Source: Phenylobacterium sp. (GTDB taxonomy: Bacteria; Pseudomonadota; Alphaproteobacteria; Caulobacterales; Caulobacteraceae). From it: a stretch of 64,000 nt of DNA. Position numbers and translations under genes: made by a program. This document shows, one piece after another, positions 45,623 through 54,536 of the stretch. The notes beneath the pieces are model-generated. The model had not been told where the DNA came from and searched no databases. It saw nothing but the letters and a program-made list of their open reading frames with translations. Each line of letters starts with the position of its first letter. The stretch's first letter is position 1. The DNA lies in assembly GCF_030698145.1 (NCBI RefSeq), contig NZ_JAUYNW010000047.1, positions 15,618 through 79,617 of the forward strand, read 5' to 3'.

Positions 45623-46171
45623 ATGCAACGCCTCGTCCTCGCCGCCGCGATCGCAGCCCTCGCCGCCACCCCGGCCCTCGCCGCGCTCAAGGAAGGCGCC
45701 AAGGCGCCGGACTTCACCGCCTCGGGCTACAAGGCCGGCAAGCCGATCACCTTCTCCCTGGCCGAGGCGCGCAAGAAGGGGCCAGTGGTGCTCTACTTCT
45801 TCCCGGCCGCCGACACCGCCGGGTGCAACCTGGAAGCCCGGCTGTTCGCCGAGGCCACGGACGGCTTCAAGGCCCAGGGCGCGACGGTGATTGGGGTCAC
45901 ATCGGGCAATCTGGACAAGCTCGCCGCCTTCTCCGCTGACACCGAGAAGTGCTCGGGCAAGTTCCCGGTCGCCGCCGACCCCAACGCGGTGATCGCGGGC
46001 CAGTACGACTCCAAGCTGGCGATCAGGCCAGGCCTGTCGGACCGCACGTCGTACGTGATCTCCCCCTCGGGCGAGGTGGTGCACGCCTATTCCAACCTGA
46101 ACGCCAATGATCACGTCAACGAGACGATGGCCGCGGTGAAGGCCTGGCGGGTGAAGCATCCCAAGCGATAG
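45623..46171 (+). CDS. Peroxiredoxin (BCP/PrxQ type) with signal peptide
   Basis: APDF, VVLYFFPAADTAGCNLEA (PxxxTxxC), second Cys in TEKC, RTSYVI. Confidence 0.9.
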   Translation: MQRLVLAAAIAALAATPALAALKEGAKAPDFTASGYKAGKPITFSLAEARKKGPVVLYFFPAADTAGCNLEARLFAEATDGFKAQGATVIGVTSGNLDKLAAFSADTEKCSGKFPVAADPNAVIAGQYDSKLAIRPGLSDRTSYVISPSGEVVHAYSNLNANDHVNETMAAVKAWRVKHPKR

Positions 46172-46184
46172 GCCCCTAAGCCTA

Positions 46185-46276
46185 TCGTCCCCGCGAAGGC
46201 GGGGAACCAGCGCCCCGCTCCACGGCGTGGAAGAAACGAAAAAGGCCTGGGTCCCCGCTTTCGCGGGGATGAACGG
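46185..46276. repeat. Inverted REP pair (REPIN-like)
   Basis: TCGTCCCCGCGAAGGCGGGGAACCAG ... CTGGGTCCCCGCTTTCGCGGGGATGA, two self-complementary units in inverted orientation. Confidence 0.8.
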
Positions 46277-46306
46277 AGTGGGCGGCGGGTCTAGCGGCGA
46301 AATCCC

Positions 46307-46335
46307 TTGCTCAAACAGCGGTTTTCCCGTACTAG
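46307..46335 (+). promoter_or_regulatory. Housekeeping-sigma promoter for rpsF-rpsR-rplI
   Basis: TTGCTC-N17-TACTAG. Confidence 0.6.
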
Positions 46336-46473
46336 CGCGCCTCTTCACGGAAGGCGGTCTCAAGCCGGAACGCGAATGGGTCGGGAAACTCCCGGTCGCC
46401 GCGCCTGAGATCCATCGTTTCCGACGGTCACCCGCCGCCGGACGCGCCGCCCTCCAAATGGGAAAAGGAAACC

Positions 46474-46878
46474 ATGGCGCTCTACGAGCACGTCGTCATC
46501 TCGCGGCAGGATATTTCGCCGCAACAGGCCGAAGCCCTCAACGACACCCTGAAGCACCTGATCGAAGAAGGCGGCGGATCCGTCGCCAAGATCGAGTACT
46601 GGGGCCTTCGCAACCTCACCTACCGCATCAAGAAGAACCGCAAGGGCCACTACTCCCTGCTCTCCATCGACGCGCCCGCCGCGGCGGTGAAGGAGATGGA
46701 GCGCCAGCTGTCGTTGAACGAAGACGTCCTGCGCCACCTGACCGTCCGCGTCGACGAACTCGACCTGGAGCTTTCGCCGGTTCTCGCCCGTCGCGACCGC
46801 GATCGTGAGCGCGAACCGCGCCGCGACGACTTCGGTTCGAAAGACGGTGGCTTTGTTCCGAAAGAAGGGGGCTTCTGA
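46474..46878 (+). CDS. rpsF: 30S ribosomal protein bS6
   Basis: [30 protein letters not shown]. Confidence 0.98.
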   Translation: MALYEHVVISRQDISPQQAEALNDTLKHLIEEGGGSVAKIEYWGLRNLTYRIKKNRKGHYSLLSIDAPAAAVKEMERQLSLNEDVLRHLTVRVDELDLELSPVLARRDRDREREPRRDDFGSKDGGFVPKEGGF

Positions 46879-47144
46879 TGTCCGACGAAACCGCAACGGC
46901 CCCCGCGGCCGCCGGCGCCGCGCGCCGTCCGTTCTTCCGCCGCCGCAAGGTCTGCCCGTTCTCCGGCGCCAGCGCTCCGAAGATCGACTACAAGGACGTG
47001 AAGCTGCTGCAGCGTTACGTCTCCGAGCGCGGCAAGATCGTGCCCTCGCGCATCACCGCGGTGTCGGCCAAGAAGCAACGCGAACTGGCCAAGGCCATCA
47101 AGCGCGCCCGCTTCCTCGCCCTCCTCCCCTATGTCGTGAAGTAA
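46878..47144 (+). CDS. rpsR: 30S ribosomal protein bS18
   Basis: [25 protein letters not shown]...[11 protein letters not shown]. Confidence 0.98.
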   Translation: MSDETATAPAAAGAARRPFFRRRKVCPFSGASAPKIDYKDVKLLQRYVSERGKIVPSRITAVSAKKQRELAKAIKRARFLALLPYVVK

Positions 47145-47157
47145 GGGAGCCAGGCAC

Positions 47158-47745
47158 ATGAAAGTCATTCTGCTCGAACGAGTCGAAGGCCGTGGCGGGC
47201 TGGGCGACGAAGTCACCGTCAAGGACGGCTACGCGCGCAACTACCTGCTGCCCCGCCACAAGGCGCTTCGCGCCACCAGCGCCAACAAGAAGGTCTTCGA
47301 CGCCCAACGCGCCGAGATCGAGGCGCGCAACCTGAAGACCAAGGAACAGGCCGCCAAGTCCGGGGATTCCCTGGACGGCACGTCCTACATCCTGATCCGG
47401 CAAGCGGGCGAAACCGGTCAACTGTACGGCTCGGTCTCGGGTCGCGACGTGGCCGACATCGTCAACGCCGCCGGCGGCAAGATCGACCGGTCGATGGTCT
47501 CCCTCGACAAGCCGATCAAGACCCTGGGCGTCCACCCGGTGAAGGTCCGCCTGCACGCCGAAGTGGCCGTGACGGTGACCATCAACATCGCCCGCAGCCA
47601 GGACGAGGCCGAGCGCCAAGCCCGCGGCGAGAACGTCATCACCTCGCAGTTCGAGGAAGACCGGATCGCCGACGAGGAAGCCGCCGCCGACATGGCGGCC
47701 GGCGGAGCCGGTTCTCACGAAGTCGATTTCGGCGCCGACCACTAA
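47158..47745 (+). CDS. rplI: 50S ribosomal protein bL9
   Basis: [32 protein letters not shown]. Confidence 0.98.
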   Translation: MKVILLERVEGRGGLGDEVTVKDGYARNYLLPRHKALRATSANKKVFDAQRAEIEARNLKTKEQAAKSGDSLDGTSYILIRQAGETGQLYGSVSGRDVADIVNAAGGKIDRSMVSLDKPIKTLGVHPVKVRLHAEVAVTVTINIARSQDEAERQARGENVITSQFEEDRIADEEAAADMAAGGAGSHEVDFGADH

Positions 47746-47770
47746 GGCCCGTCTTCGAGACCTTCGACAG

Positions 47771-47806
47771 CGGCGCGGAACCCACCGGTTCCGCGCCGTT
47801 TTCTTT
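47771..47806 (+). terminator. Intrinsic terminator after rplI
   Basis: CGGCGCGGAACC-CACC-GGTTCCGCGCCG followed by TTTTCTTT. Confidence 0.88.
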
Positions 47807-47874
47807 GGGCGGAACGGATACTCGCCCGTAGATGCCGAGTAACTGAGCAGCTACACATCGCGTTTGTGCAATTT

Positions 47875-47892
47875 TGTGACAGTTTTGCCATA
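47875..47892. promoter_or_regulatory. Imperfect palindrome upstream of the second TonB-dependent receptor
   Basis: TGTGACA-GTTT-TGCCATA in an AT-rich patch. Confidence 0.35.
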
Positions 47893-47976
47893 CCGGCTGG
47901 CGACAAACGCCAGTAGCTTCAAACCCCTAGACGCCAACGCGCGGTCGAAGAGCCCGCGGGCATACCTGGGGGAAAC

Positions 47977-50454
47977 ATGAACTCTCGTCACATTCTGCTC
48001 GCGACGGCTTCGGCCGCGACCCTGCTCACCGCCGGCCAGGCGATGGCCCAGGCGGCGGCTCCGACAGAGGTCGAGGAATTCATCGTCACGGGCACACGCG
48101 CCGCCAACCGCACCGTGCTGGACACCGCCGTGCCGGTCGACGTGATCAGCGCCGCGGAGCTGGGCAATCTTGGTGTGACCGAGCTCAACCAGGCCCTTTC
48201 GGTCGCCCTGCCCTCGTTCAACTTCCCGCGCCCCGGCCTGGCCGACGGCACCGACACGATCCGTCCGGCGACCCTGCGCGGCCTCGCACCCGACCAGACC
48301 CTGGTGCTGGTGAACTCCAAGCGCAGGCACTCGGCGTCGCTGGTGAACGTGAACGGCACGATCGGCCGCGGCGCCTCGGCCGTGGACCTGAACACCATCC
48401 CCTCGGTCATGGTGTCCTCGATCGAAGTGCTGCGGGACGGCGCCTCGGCCCAGTATGGCTCGGACGCCATCGCCGGGGTGCTGAACCTGCGGCTGCGCGA
48501 AGCCTCCAAGGGCGGCGGCATCGTCGCCACCTACGGCGCGCGCTTCACCACGGTCGACACCCTGGTCGCCCCCGTGCCGACCGGCGCCAACTGGACCGTG
48601 GCCGACAAGGCCAGCTACGAGCGCACCGACGGCGAGACCGCCACCCTGGCCGGCTGGATCGGCCTGCCCGTGGGCGAGGGCGGCTTCCTGACCCTAGCGG
48701 CGGAGTATCTCGACCAGCAGAAGACCATCCGCACCGCGCCCGACTGGCGCCCGCAATACGCCCTGGTCGCAGGCGCCTTCGATCCGCGCGAGGCCTCGTT
48801 CGACCGCTACAACGCCTGGTACGGCGAACCACGCGTCAAGCAGTACACGCTGTTCGCCAACGGCGGCTTCGACGTCAGCGACGCCGTCAGCCTCTATGGC
48901 TGGGCCAGCTACCAGAACCGCGACGCCACCTCGGCCGGCTTCTTCCGCCGCGCCCTGGACGACCGCAACATCACCTCCATCTACCCGAACGGCTTCCTGC
49001 CGCTGATCAACCCGATCGTGGAGGACCGCTCAGTGGCCGGCGGCGTCACCTGGAAGCTGGGCGACTGGGATATGGACACCTCGCTGGTCTACGGCTCCAA
49101 CTCGATGGACTTCACGATCCGCGACACGCTCAACCGCTCGATCGGCCCGTCCAGCAAGACGGTCTTCGACGCCGGCGGGTTCGAGTACAACCAGCTGGTC
49201 TTCAACCTCTCGGGCGTGCGGACCTACGACATGGGCCTGGCCTCGCCGCTGAACGTGGCGGCCGGCGTCGAGCTGCGGCGCGAGAACTACCAGATCCACG
49301 CCGGCGAGCCGGATTCCTACCGCAACGGCGGGGTGCTGCTGAACGGAGCGCCGACCCCCTCGGGCGCACAGGTCTTCCCGGGCTTCCGGCCCTCGAACGA
49401 GCTCGATGAGGAACGCACCTCGGTCGGCGTCTACCTGGACCTGGAAGCCAACCTCACCGAGCAGTTCCTGGTCTCCGGCGCCCTGCGAGCGGAGTCCTAC
49501 TCCGACTTCGGCGAGACGGTCACCGGCAAGCTGGCGGCGCGCTACGACGTCAATGACAGCTTCGGGATCCGCGGCTCCGTCCAGAACGGTTTCCGCGCGC
49601 CGTCGCTGCAGCAACAGTTCTTCTCGACCACCTCGACCAACTTCATCAACGGCGTGCCGTTCGACATCACCACTTTCCCGGCGACGGACCCGGTGGCCGC
49701 GGCCCTGGGCGCGCGGCCGCTCGACGCCGAGAAGTCGGTCAACTACGCCATCGGCGCAGTGTTTCGCCTGGGCCGCGTCAACCTGACGATCGACGCCTAT
49801 CGCATCGAGCTGGAAGACCGGATCGTGCTGTCGGAGAACCTGACCCAGGCCAATGTGCGGGCATTCCTGGTGTCGCGTGGCTTCGTGGCGGTCGGCGGCG
49901 GCCGGTTCTTCATCAACGGCGTCGACACCGAGACCCAGGGCGTCGACATCATCGCCAACTTCAAGGTCGATGCCGAGGTCATCGGAACCTTCGGGTTCAC
50001 CTTTGGCGCCAACTTCAACTCCACCGAGGTCACGCGCGTTCCGGTCACCGCCGCCCTGGCGGCCCTCAGCCCGTCGCCGGTGCTGTTCGACCGGATCAAC
50101 GTGCTGACTTTTGAGGAAGGCACGCCGGACTCCAAGATCTCGGGCTCGGTGGACTGGAGCCTGGGATCGCTCGGCGCGACGCTGCGGGCCACCCGCTACG
50201 GCGAGGTGCTCAGCCCCGGCACCACGGCGGCCCAGGACCTGACCCTGAAGGCGGCGACGGTCATCGACCTGGAAGGCCGCTGGGACCTCAGCGAGCGGGT
50301 CCGCTTCTCGCTGGGAGCCGACAATCTGTTCGACGAGTATCCGACGGCCACCCCGCCGGCGCTCAACACCACCTCGAACACGCCGTTCTCAAACTACGCG
50401 CCGTTCGGCCGCTCGGGCCGCTATGTCTACGGCCGGATCGCAATCAACTGGTGA
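47977..50454 (+). CDS. TonB-dependent receptor
   Basis: Signal peptide, EEFIVTGTR, LRGLAPDQTLVLVNSKRRH, IEVLRDGASAQYGSDAIAGV, terminal aromatic W. Confidence 0.95.
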   Translation: MNSRHILLATASAATLLTAGQAMAQAAAPTEVEEFIVTGTRAANRTVLDTAVPVDVISAAELGNLGVTELNQALSVALPSFNFPRPGLADGTDTIRPATLRGLAPDQTLVLVNSKRRHSASLVNVNGTIGRGASAVDLNTIPSVMVSSIEVLRDGASAQYGSDAIAGVLNLRLREASKGGGIVATYGARFTTVDTLVAPVPTGANWTVADKASYERTDGETATLAGWIGLPVGEGGFLTLAAEYLDQQKTIRTAPDWRPQYALVAGAFDPREASFDRYNAWYGEPRVKQYTLFANGGFDVSDAVSLYGWASYQNRDATSAGFFRRALDDRNITSIYPNGFLPLINPIVEDRSVAGGVTWKLGDWDMDTSLVYGSNSMDFTIRDTLNRSIGPSSKTVFDAGGFEYNQLVFNLSGVRTYDMGLASPLNVAAGVELRRENYQIHAGEPDSYRNGGVLLNGAPTPSGAQVFPGFRPSNELDEERTSVGVYLDLEANLTEQFLVSGALRAESYSDFGETVTGKLAARYDVNDSFGIRGSVQNGFRAPSLQQQFFSTTSTNFINGVPFDITTFPATDPVAAALGARPLDAEKSVNYAIGAVFRLGRVNLTIDAYRIELEDRIVLSENLTQANVRAFLVSRGFVAVGGGRFFINGVDTETQGVDIIANFKVDAEVIGTFGFTFGANFNSTEVTRVPVTAALAALSPSPVLFDRINVLTFEEGTPDSKISGSVDWSLGSLGATLRATRYGEVLSPGTTAAQDLTLKAATVIDLEGRWDLSERVRFSLGADNLFDEYPTATPPALNTTSNTPFSNYAPFGRSGRYVYGRIAINW

Positions 50455-50482
50455 TCGTGCGAACCTACGTCCGAAACTGACG

Positions 50483-50522
50483 CGGCGCGGGAGCAAGATC
50501 TCCCGCGCCGTTTCCGTTTTTG
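50483..50522 (+). terminator. Intrinsic terminator after the receptor gene
   Basis: CGGCGCGGGAG-CAAGAT-CTCCCGCGCCG followed by TTTCCGTTTTT. Confidence 0.8.
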
Positions 50523-50542
50523 GCGTGGCGGACGGCGGATGC

Positions 50543-50551
50543 TTGTCCACA
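50543..50551 (+). promoter_or_regulatory. Candidate DnaA box upstream of dnaB
   Basis: TTGTCCACA(GG), one mismatch to TTATCCACA, about 75 bp before the dnaB ATG. Confidence 0.5.
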
Positions 50552-50624
50552 GGCGCCCGGATTTCAGTGGACCGCCAAAGCGCCGCAGTGCACGCCGAGC
50601 TCGCGGCGGGATATCGGTTAACTC

Positions 50625-52118
50625 ATGGCTCTCGTTCCCGCCCTCGACCTCCGCCCCGCCCACAATGACGCGGCGATCCCGCACGCCCCGGCCAATATCG
50701 AGGCCGAACAGGCCCTGCTGGGCGCCGTGCTCTACGACAACGCCGCCTTCGAGCGGGTCGGCGACTATCTGCAGGCGCGCCACTTCTACGAGCCCTTCCA
50801 CCAGCGCCTGTTCACGGCCGTCGAAACCGCGGTGCGCAAGGGCCAGCTCGCCGAGCCGATCCTGCTGGCCGAGCTGTTCAGCCGCGACGCGGCGTTCGAG
50901 GAGCTGGGCGGCGTGCGCTACCTGGCCGACCTCGTGGACCGCGCCCCGCCCTCGGCCAACGCCAACGACTATTCGCGGGCCATCTACGACCTGGCGCTGC
51001 GCCGCGACCTGATCCGCATCGGCGGCGACATCTCCACCACCGCGGCCCAGCCCGACGCCGAGCGTTCGGCCCGCGACCAGATCGAAGCGGCCGAGCAGCA
51101 ACTGTTCAGCCTGGCCGAGACCGGCTCGGTCAACCAGGGCTTCATACCCTTCGCCGACGCCCTGCATGGGGCGGTGACCATGGCCGCAGAGGCCCACGCC
51201 CGCGACGGCGGCCTGGCCGGCATTTCCACCGGCCTGATCGACCTCGACAAGAAGATGGGCGGCCTGCACCCCTCCGACTTGGTGATCCTGGCCGGGCGCC
51301 CCTCGATGGGGAAGACGGCGCTGGCCTGTAATATCGCCTTCGACGTGGCCCGGCACTTCGCCTGGGAGCCGCAGCCGGACGGGTCGAAGAAGACCGTGTC
51401 CGGAGGGGTCGTGGCGTTCTTTTCGCTGGAAATGTCGGCCGAGCAGCTGGCCATGCGCCTGCTGGCCGAGGTTTCCGGCGTCTCGGGTGACCGGCTGCGC
51501 AAAGGCGAGATCACCGCCGTGGAGTTCGGCCGCGTGCGCGACGCGGCGCTGGAGATCCAGGACGCGCCGCTGTTCATCGACGCCACCGGCGGCATCACCA
51601 TCGCTAAGCTGGCCGCCCGCGCTCGGCGGCTGAAGCGGACCAGCGGCCTCGACCTGATCGTCATCGACTACCTGCAGCTGGTCACCGGCGGCGACGGGAC
51701 CGGCAAGAACGACAACCGGGTGCAGGAAGTCTCGATGATCACCCAGTCGATGAAGTCCCTGGCCAAGGAGCTGTCGGTGCCGATCATCGCGCTCAGCCAG
51801 CTCTCGCGTCAGGTGGAGAACCGCGAGGACAAGAAGCCCCAGCTCTCCGACCTGCGGGAGTCCGGCTCCATCGAGCAGGACGCCGACATGGTGATGTTCG
51901 TCTATCGCGAGGAGTACTATCTGGGGCGGACCGAGCCGCGGGAAGGCACGCCCGAGCACCTGACCTGGCAGGAGCAGATGGACCAGGTGGCGGGCATGGC
52001 CGAGGTGATCATCGGCAAGCAGCGCCACGGCCCGATCGGCACGGTGAAACTGTCCTTCAACTCCGACATCACCAAGTTCGGCAACCTGGCGCGCGAGGGA
52101 TTCTACAACGCGCACTAA
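50625..52118 (+). CDS. dnaB: Replicative DNA helicase
   Basis: NIEAEQALLG, AGRPSMGKT, FFSLEMS, IDYLQL, SQLSR, DLRESGSIEQDAD, KQRHGP; no intein. Confidence 0.98.
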   Translation: MALVPALDLRPAHNDAAIPHAPANIEAEQALLGAVLYDNAAFERVGDYLQARHFYEPFHQRLFTAVETAVRKGQLAEPILLAELFSRDAAFEELGGVRYLADLVDRAPPSANANDYSRAIYDLALRRDLIRIGGDISTTAAQPDAERSARDQIEAAEQQLFSLAETGSVNQGFIPFADALHGAVTMAAEAHARDGGLAGISTGLIDLDKKMGGLHPSDLVILAGRPSMGKTALACNIAFDVARHFAWEPQPDGSKKTVSGGVVAFFSLEMSAEQLAMRLLAEVSGVSGDRLRKGEITAVEFGRVRDAALEIQDAPLFIDATGGITIAKLAARARRLKRTSGLDLIVIDYLQLVTGGDGTGKNDNRVQEVSMITQSMKSLAKELSVPIIALSQLSRQVENREDKKPQLSDLRESGSIEQDADMVMFVYREEYYLGRTEPREGTPEHLTWQEQMDQVAGMAEVIIGKQRHGPIGTVKLSFNSDITKFGNLAREGFYNAH

Positions 52119-52125
52119 ACCGGTT

Positions 52126-53214
52126 ATGGGAGCGGCGATGCCTGCTTCCTCCTCCGCACGCCTGACCATCGATCTCGACGCGCTCGCCCACAATTTCGCG
52201 GTGCTGCGCGCCCTGGCCCCGGGGGCGGAGTCCGCCCCGGTGGTCAAGGCCGACGGCTATGGCCTAGGCGCGGTCCAGGTGGCGCGGCGGCTGTGGGCCG
52301 AGGGTGCGCGGGCCTTCTTCGTGGCGCGGCTGAGCGAAGGCGAGGCCCTGCGCGCCGGGCTGGGCCACCCCGCGACGATCTATGTGCTGGACGGCTTCAC
52401 GGCTGGGACGGGACCGCGCCTGGCCGCGGCCGATCTCACCCCGGTGCTGTCCAGCCTGGCCCAGGTGGACGCCGCGGGCGCCTTCGCCGCTGGCGAGCCG
52501 CTGGGCGTCGCCCTGCAGGTCGACACCGGCATGAACCGCCAGGGCCTGACGCCGGCCGAGGCCCGCGCCCTGGCCGGCGCTACGCCGTCCGGCCTGAAGG
52601 TCGAGGTGATCATGAGCCACCTGGGCTCCGCCACCGATCCGGCCGACCCGCGCAGCGCCGCCCAACTCGCCGCCTTCGCCGCCGTGCGGCCGCTGTTCCC
52701 GCAGGCCCGCGCCAGTTTCGCGGCCTCGGCGGGCATGGCGCTGGGCGCCGGCTACCAGTTCGACATGGTCCGGCCGGGGATCAGCCTCTATGGCGGCGGG
52801 CCGGAGGAACGGCCCGATCCGCGCCTACGCGCCGTGGCGACCTTCGAGGCGCCGATCCTCTATGTCCGCGACGTGGCCGCGGGCCAGATGATCGGCTACG
52901 GCTCCAGCAACATGATCGAACGCGACAGCCGCGTGGCGGTGCTGGCCGCGGGCTATGCGGACGGGCTGATCCGCGCGGCGATGGGCGCCAGTTACGCCTG
53001 GTTCGCTGGGGCGCGGCGGAGGGTGGTGATTGTCACCATGGACCTCATCGCCATCGAGATCGGCGAAGCCGAGGCGAACCCCGGCGACATGGTCGAGCTG
53101 CTAGGCGCCAATGTGCTGCTGGACGACCTTGCCGCCGCCGCCGGCACCGTGGCGCACGAGTGCCTGGTGCGCCTGGGCGGGCGGGCCGAGCGGGTCTATC
53201 TGGGCGAGCGCTAG
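52126..53214 (+). CDS. alr: Alanine racemase
   Basis: PVVKADGYGLG (PLP Lys), VDTGMNRQG, VRPGISLYG, IGYG, GYADG. Start could be 52138. Confidence 0.95.
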   Translation: MGAAMPASSSARLTIDLDALAHNFAVLRALAPGAESAPVVKADGYGLGAVQVARRLWAEGARAFFVARLSEGEALRAGLGHPATIYVLDGFTAGTGPRLAAADLTPVLSSLAQVDAAGAFAAGEPLGVALQVDTGMNRQGLTPAEARALAGATPSGLKVEVIMSHLGSATDPADPRSAAQLAAFAAVRPLFPQARASFAASAGMALGAGYQFDMVRPGISLYGGGPEERPDPRLRAVATFEAPILYVRDVAAGQMIGYGSSNMIERDSRVAVLAAGYADGLIRAAMGASYAWFAGARRRVVIVTMDLIAIEIGEAEANPGDMVELLGANVLLDDLAAAAGTVAHECLVRLGGRAERVYLGER

Positions 53215-54395
53215 CCCTTCTTGGCCAGGGCCTCCAGGCGCGCGACGCCGACGGCGGCGACGGCGGCCTTGAGGTCCTGGACGCTGACGCCGCGGCCGTC
53301 GGCGGCGACCATGAAGCGGTCGCCGACCAGGACGTTGTACTCGCCGTGCTTGGTGGAGCTGTCGTAGGACTCCGTCGTCATCCGCCCATCGACCTTGCCC
53401 ACCTTCTCATAGCGCCCGTCGCTCTCGCTGGAGGACTCGACGTTGAAGGCGCCGGCCATGCCGGCCAGGGCGCCGGCCGCGCCCAGGTCGGTGACGCTGA
53501 GCCGGATGGTGGCGTCGCCCTTGGTGTAGACGCCCTCGGCCTGGGAGCCGCTCATGCCGGCCGCGCCGCCGGAACCCGTGGTGACCTCGGTGCGTGCCAT
53601 GCCGGCTACGTCGGCCGGCAGATAGGCCTTCAGGATGGACGGATCGGTGGGCGCCGGGCCCTTGCCGCTCTCCATCTGCTTGGCGGCGGCCTCCATCTTC
53701 TTCGAGGCGGCCTCCAGCTCGCCCAGATTGACCTTGTTGCCGCCGACGGTGAGCGTGCCCGCCGAACTGCCGTGATCGGCCATCAGGCCCGAGCCGCGGC
53801 CCATGCCCATGATCGGACTGACGATGGCCCCGGCGATGATCGCCAGCACGATGGCGGCGATGACGACCACGACGGTGTAGGTCGTGGCCTTTTCCTCGGG
53901 CGCCTTCATCAGCTTGGGCAGACCCTTGTAGAGCAGGAACAGGCTGTAGAGGCCGAGCAGGCCCAGGATGCTCAGGGGCGGGAAGACCTGGAACACGCCG
54001 GCCACCCAGCTGGCCGTGCCGGCGTAGGTCGCGACCTTGAAGGCCTGGATCTGGTTCTTGGTCCCGCCGAAGCTGGGCGCCAGGCCGTCGATGATCAGGG
54101 CCAGCACATAGACGCCGATCAGGGTGGCGCAGAAGCCCACCACCGCGCCGGAGACCGCCCAGAGGATCGGCGGCTTGTAGCTGACGCCGAACATGCCGTA
54201 GCCGAACACGATCGCCCCCAGCAGTCCGGCCACGGCCGGGATCAGGGCCAAGGGGATGATGTAGCCCTTGTAGAGCCCGCCGATCGTCGCCGGCTCCCCG
54301 TCGATCACCTCCCACGTCGCCGTGGGCTGCAACAGAATGGCTTTCACCCGCTCGACGAGCCCCGACGTCGCCGAGCCCGGTTCAACTGCGCTCAT
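53211..54395 (-). CDS. Yip1-domain membrane protein with a C-terminal soluble domain
   Basis: RVKAILLQPTATWEVI, LAPSFGG, AFKVATY, LYSLFLLYKGLPKLMK, then about 170 soluble residues; GGAGG RBS. Confidence 0.82.
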   Translation of the reverse strand: MSAVEPGSATSGLVERVKAILLQPTATWEVIDGEPATIGGLYKGYIIPLALIPAVAGLLGAIVFGYGMFGVSYKPPILWAVSGAVVGFCATLIGVYVLALIIDGLAPSFGGTKNQIQAFKVATYAGTASWVAGVFQVFPPLSILGLLGLYSLFLLYKGLPKLMKAPEEKATTYTVVVVIAAIVLAIIAGAIVSPIMGMGRGSGLMADHGSSAGTLTVGGNKVNLGELEAASKKMEAAAKQMESGKGPAPTDPSILKAYLPADVAGMARTEVTTGSGGAAGMSGSQAEGVYTKGDATIRLSVTDLGAAGALAGMAGAFNVESSSESDGRYEKVGKVDGRMTTESYDSSTKHGEYNVLVGDRFMVAADGRGVSVQDLKAAVAAVGVARLEALAKKG

Positions 54396-54536
54396 AGAGG
54401 CCTCCCAGTCAGACAGTCCAATCCCCACATGGGGAGCCTAGCCTAAGCCGCCCTTTCGGCAACCGAGATCGATCCGCGACGGACGCGGACGGCCGGCCCG
54501 TCTAAGCTGGCGGCTTCAACGAATCAGGGAGCCCGT

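Noticed and set aside
33041-46276. Repeats as a CRISPR array or IS ends
   Set aside because: They are isolated palindromes with no regular repeat-spacer pattern, and no cas or transposase gene is in the window.
47864-47892. Pho box upstream of the second receptor
   Set aside because: One CTGTCAC half-site on the minus strand, with no second repeat at 11-bp spacing.
50427-52247. 606-aa antisense ORF over dnaB, and similar long antisense ORFs over purF, bamB, fabD, der and the peptidase
   Set aside because: Shadow ORFs expected from high GC3 codon bias. They carry no recognisable motifs, and the opposite strand holds a clear conserved gene.
52293-54446. 717-aa plus-strand ORF spanning alr and the Yip1 gene
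   Set aside because: Arg/Gly-rich off-frame read of alr joined to the antisense of Yip1; not protein-like.
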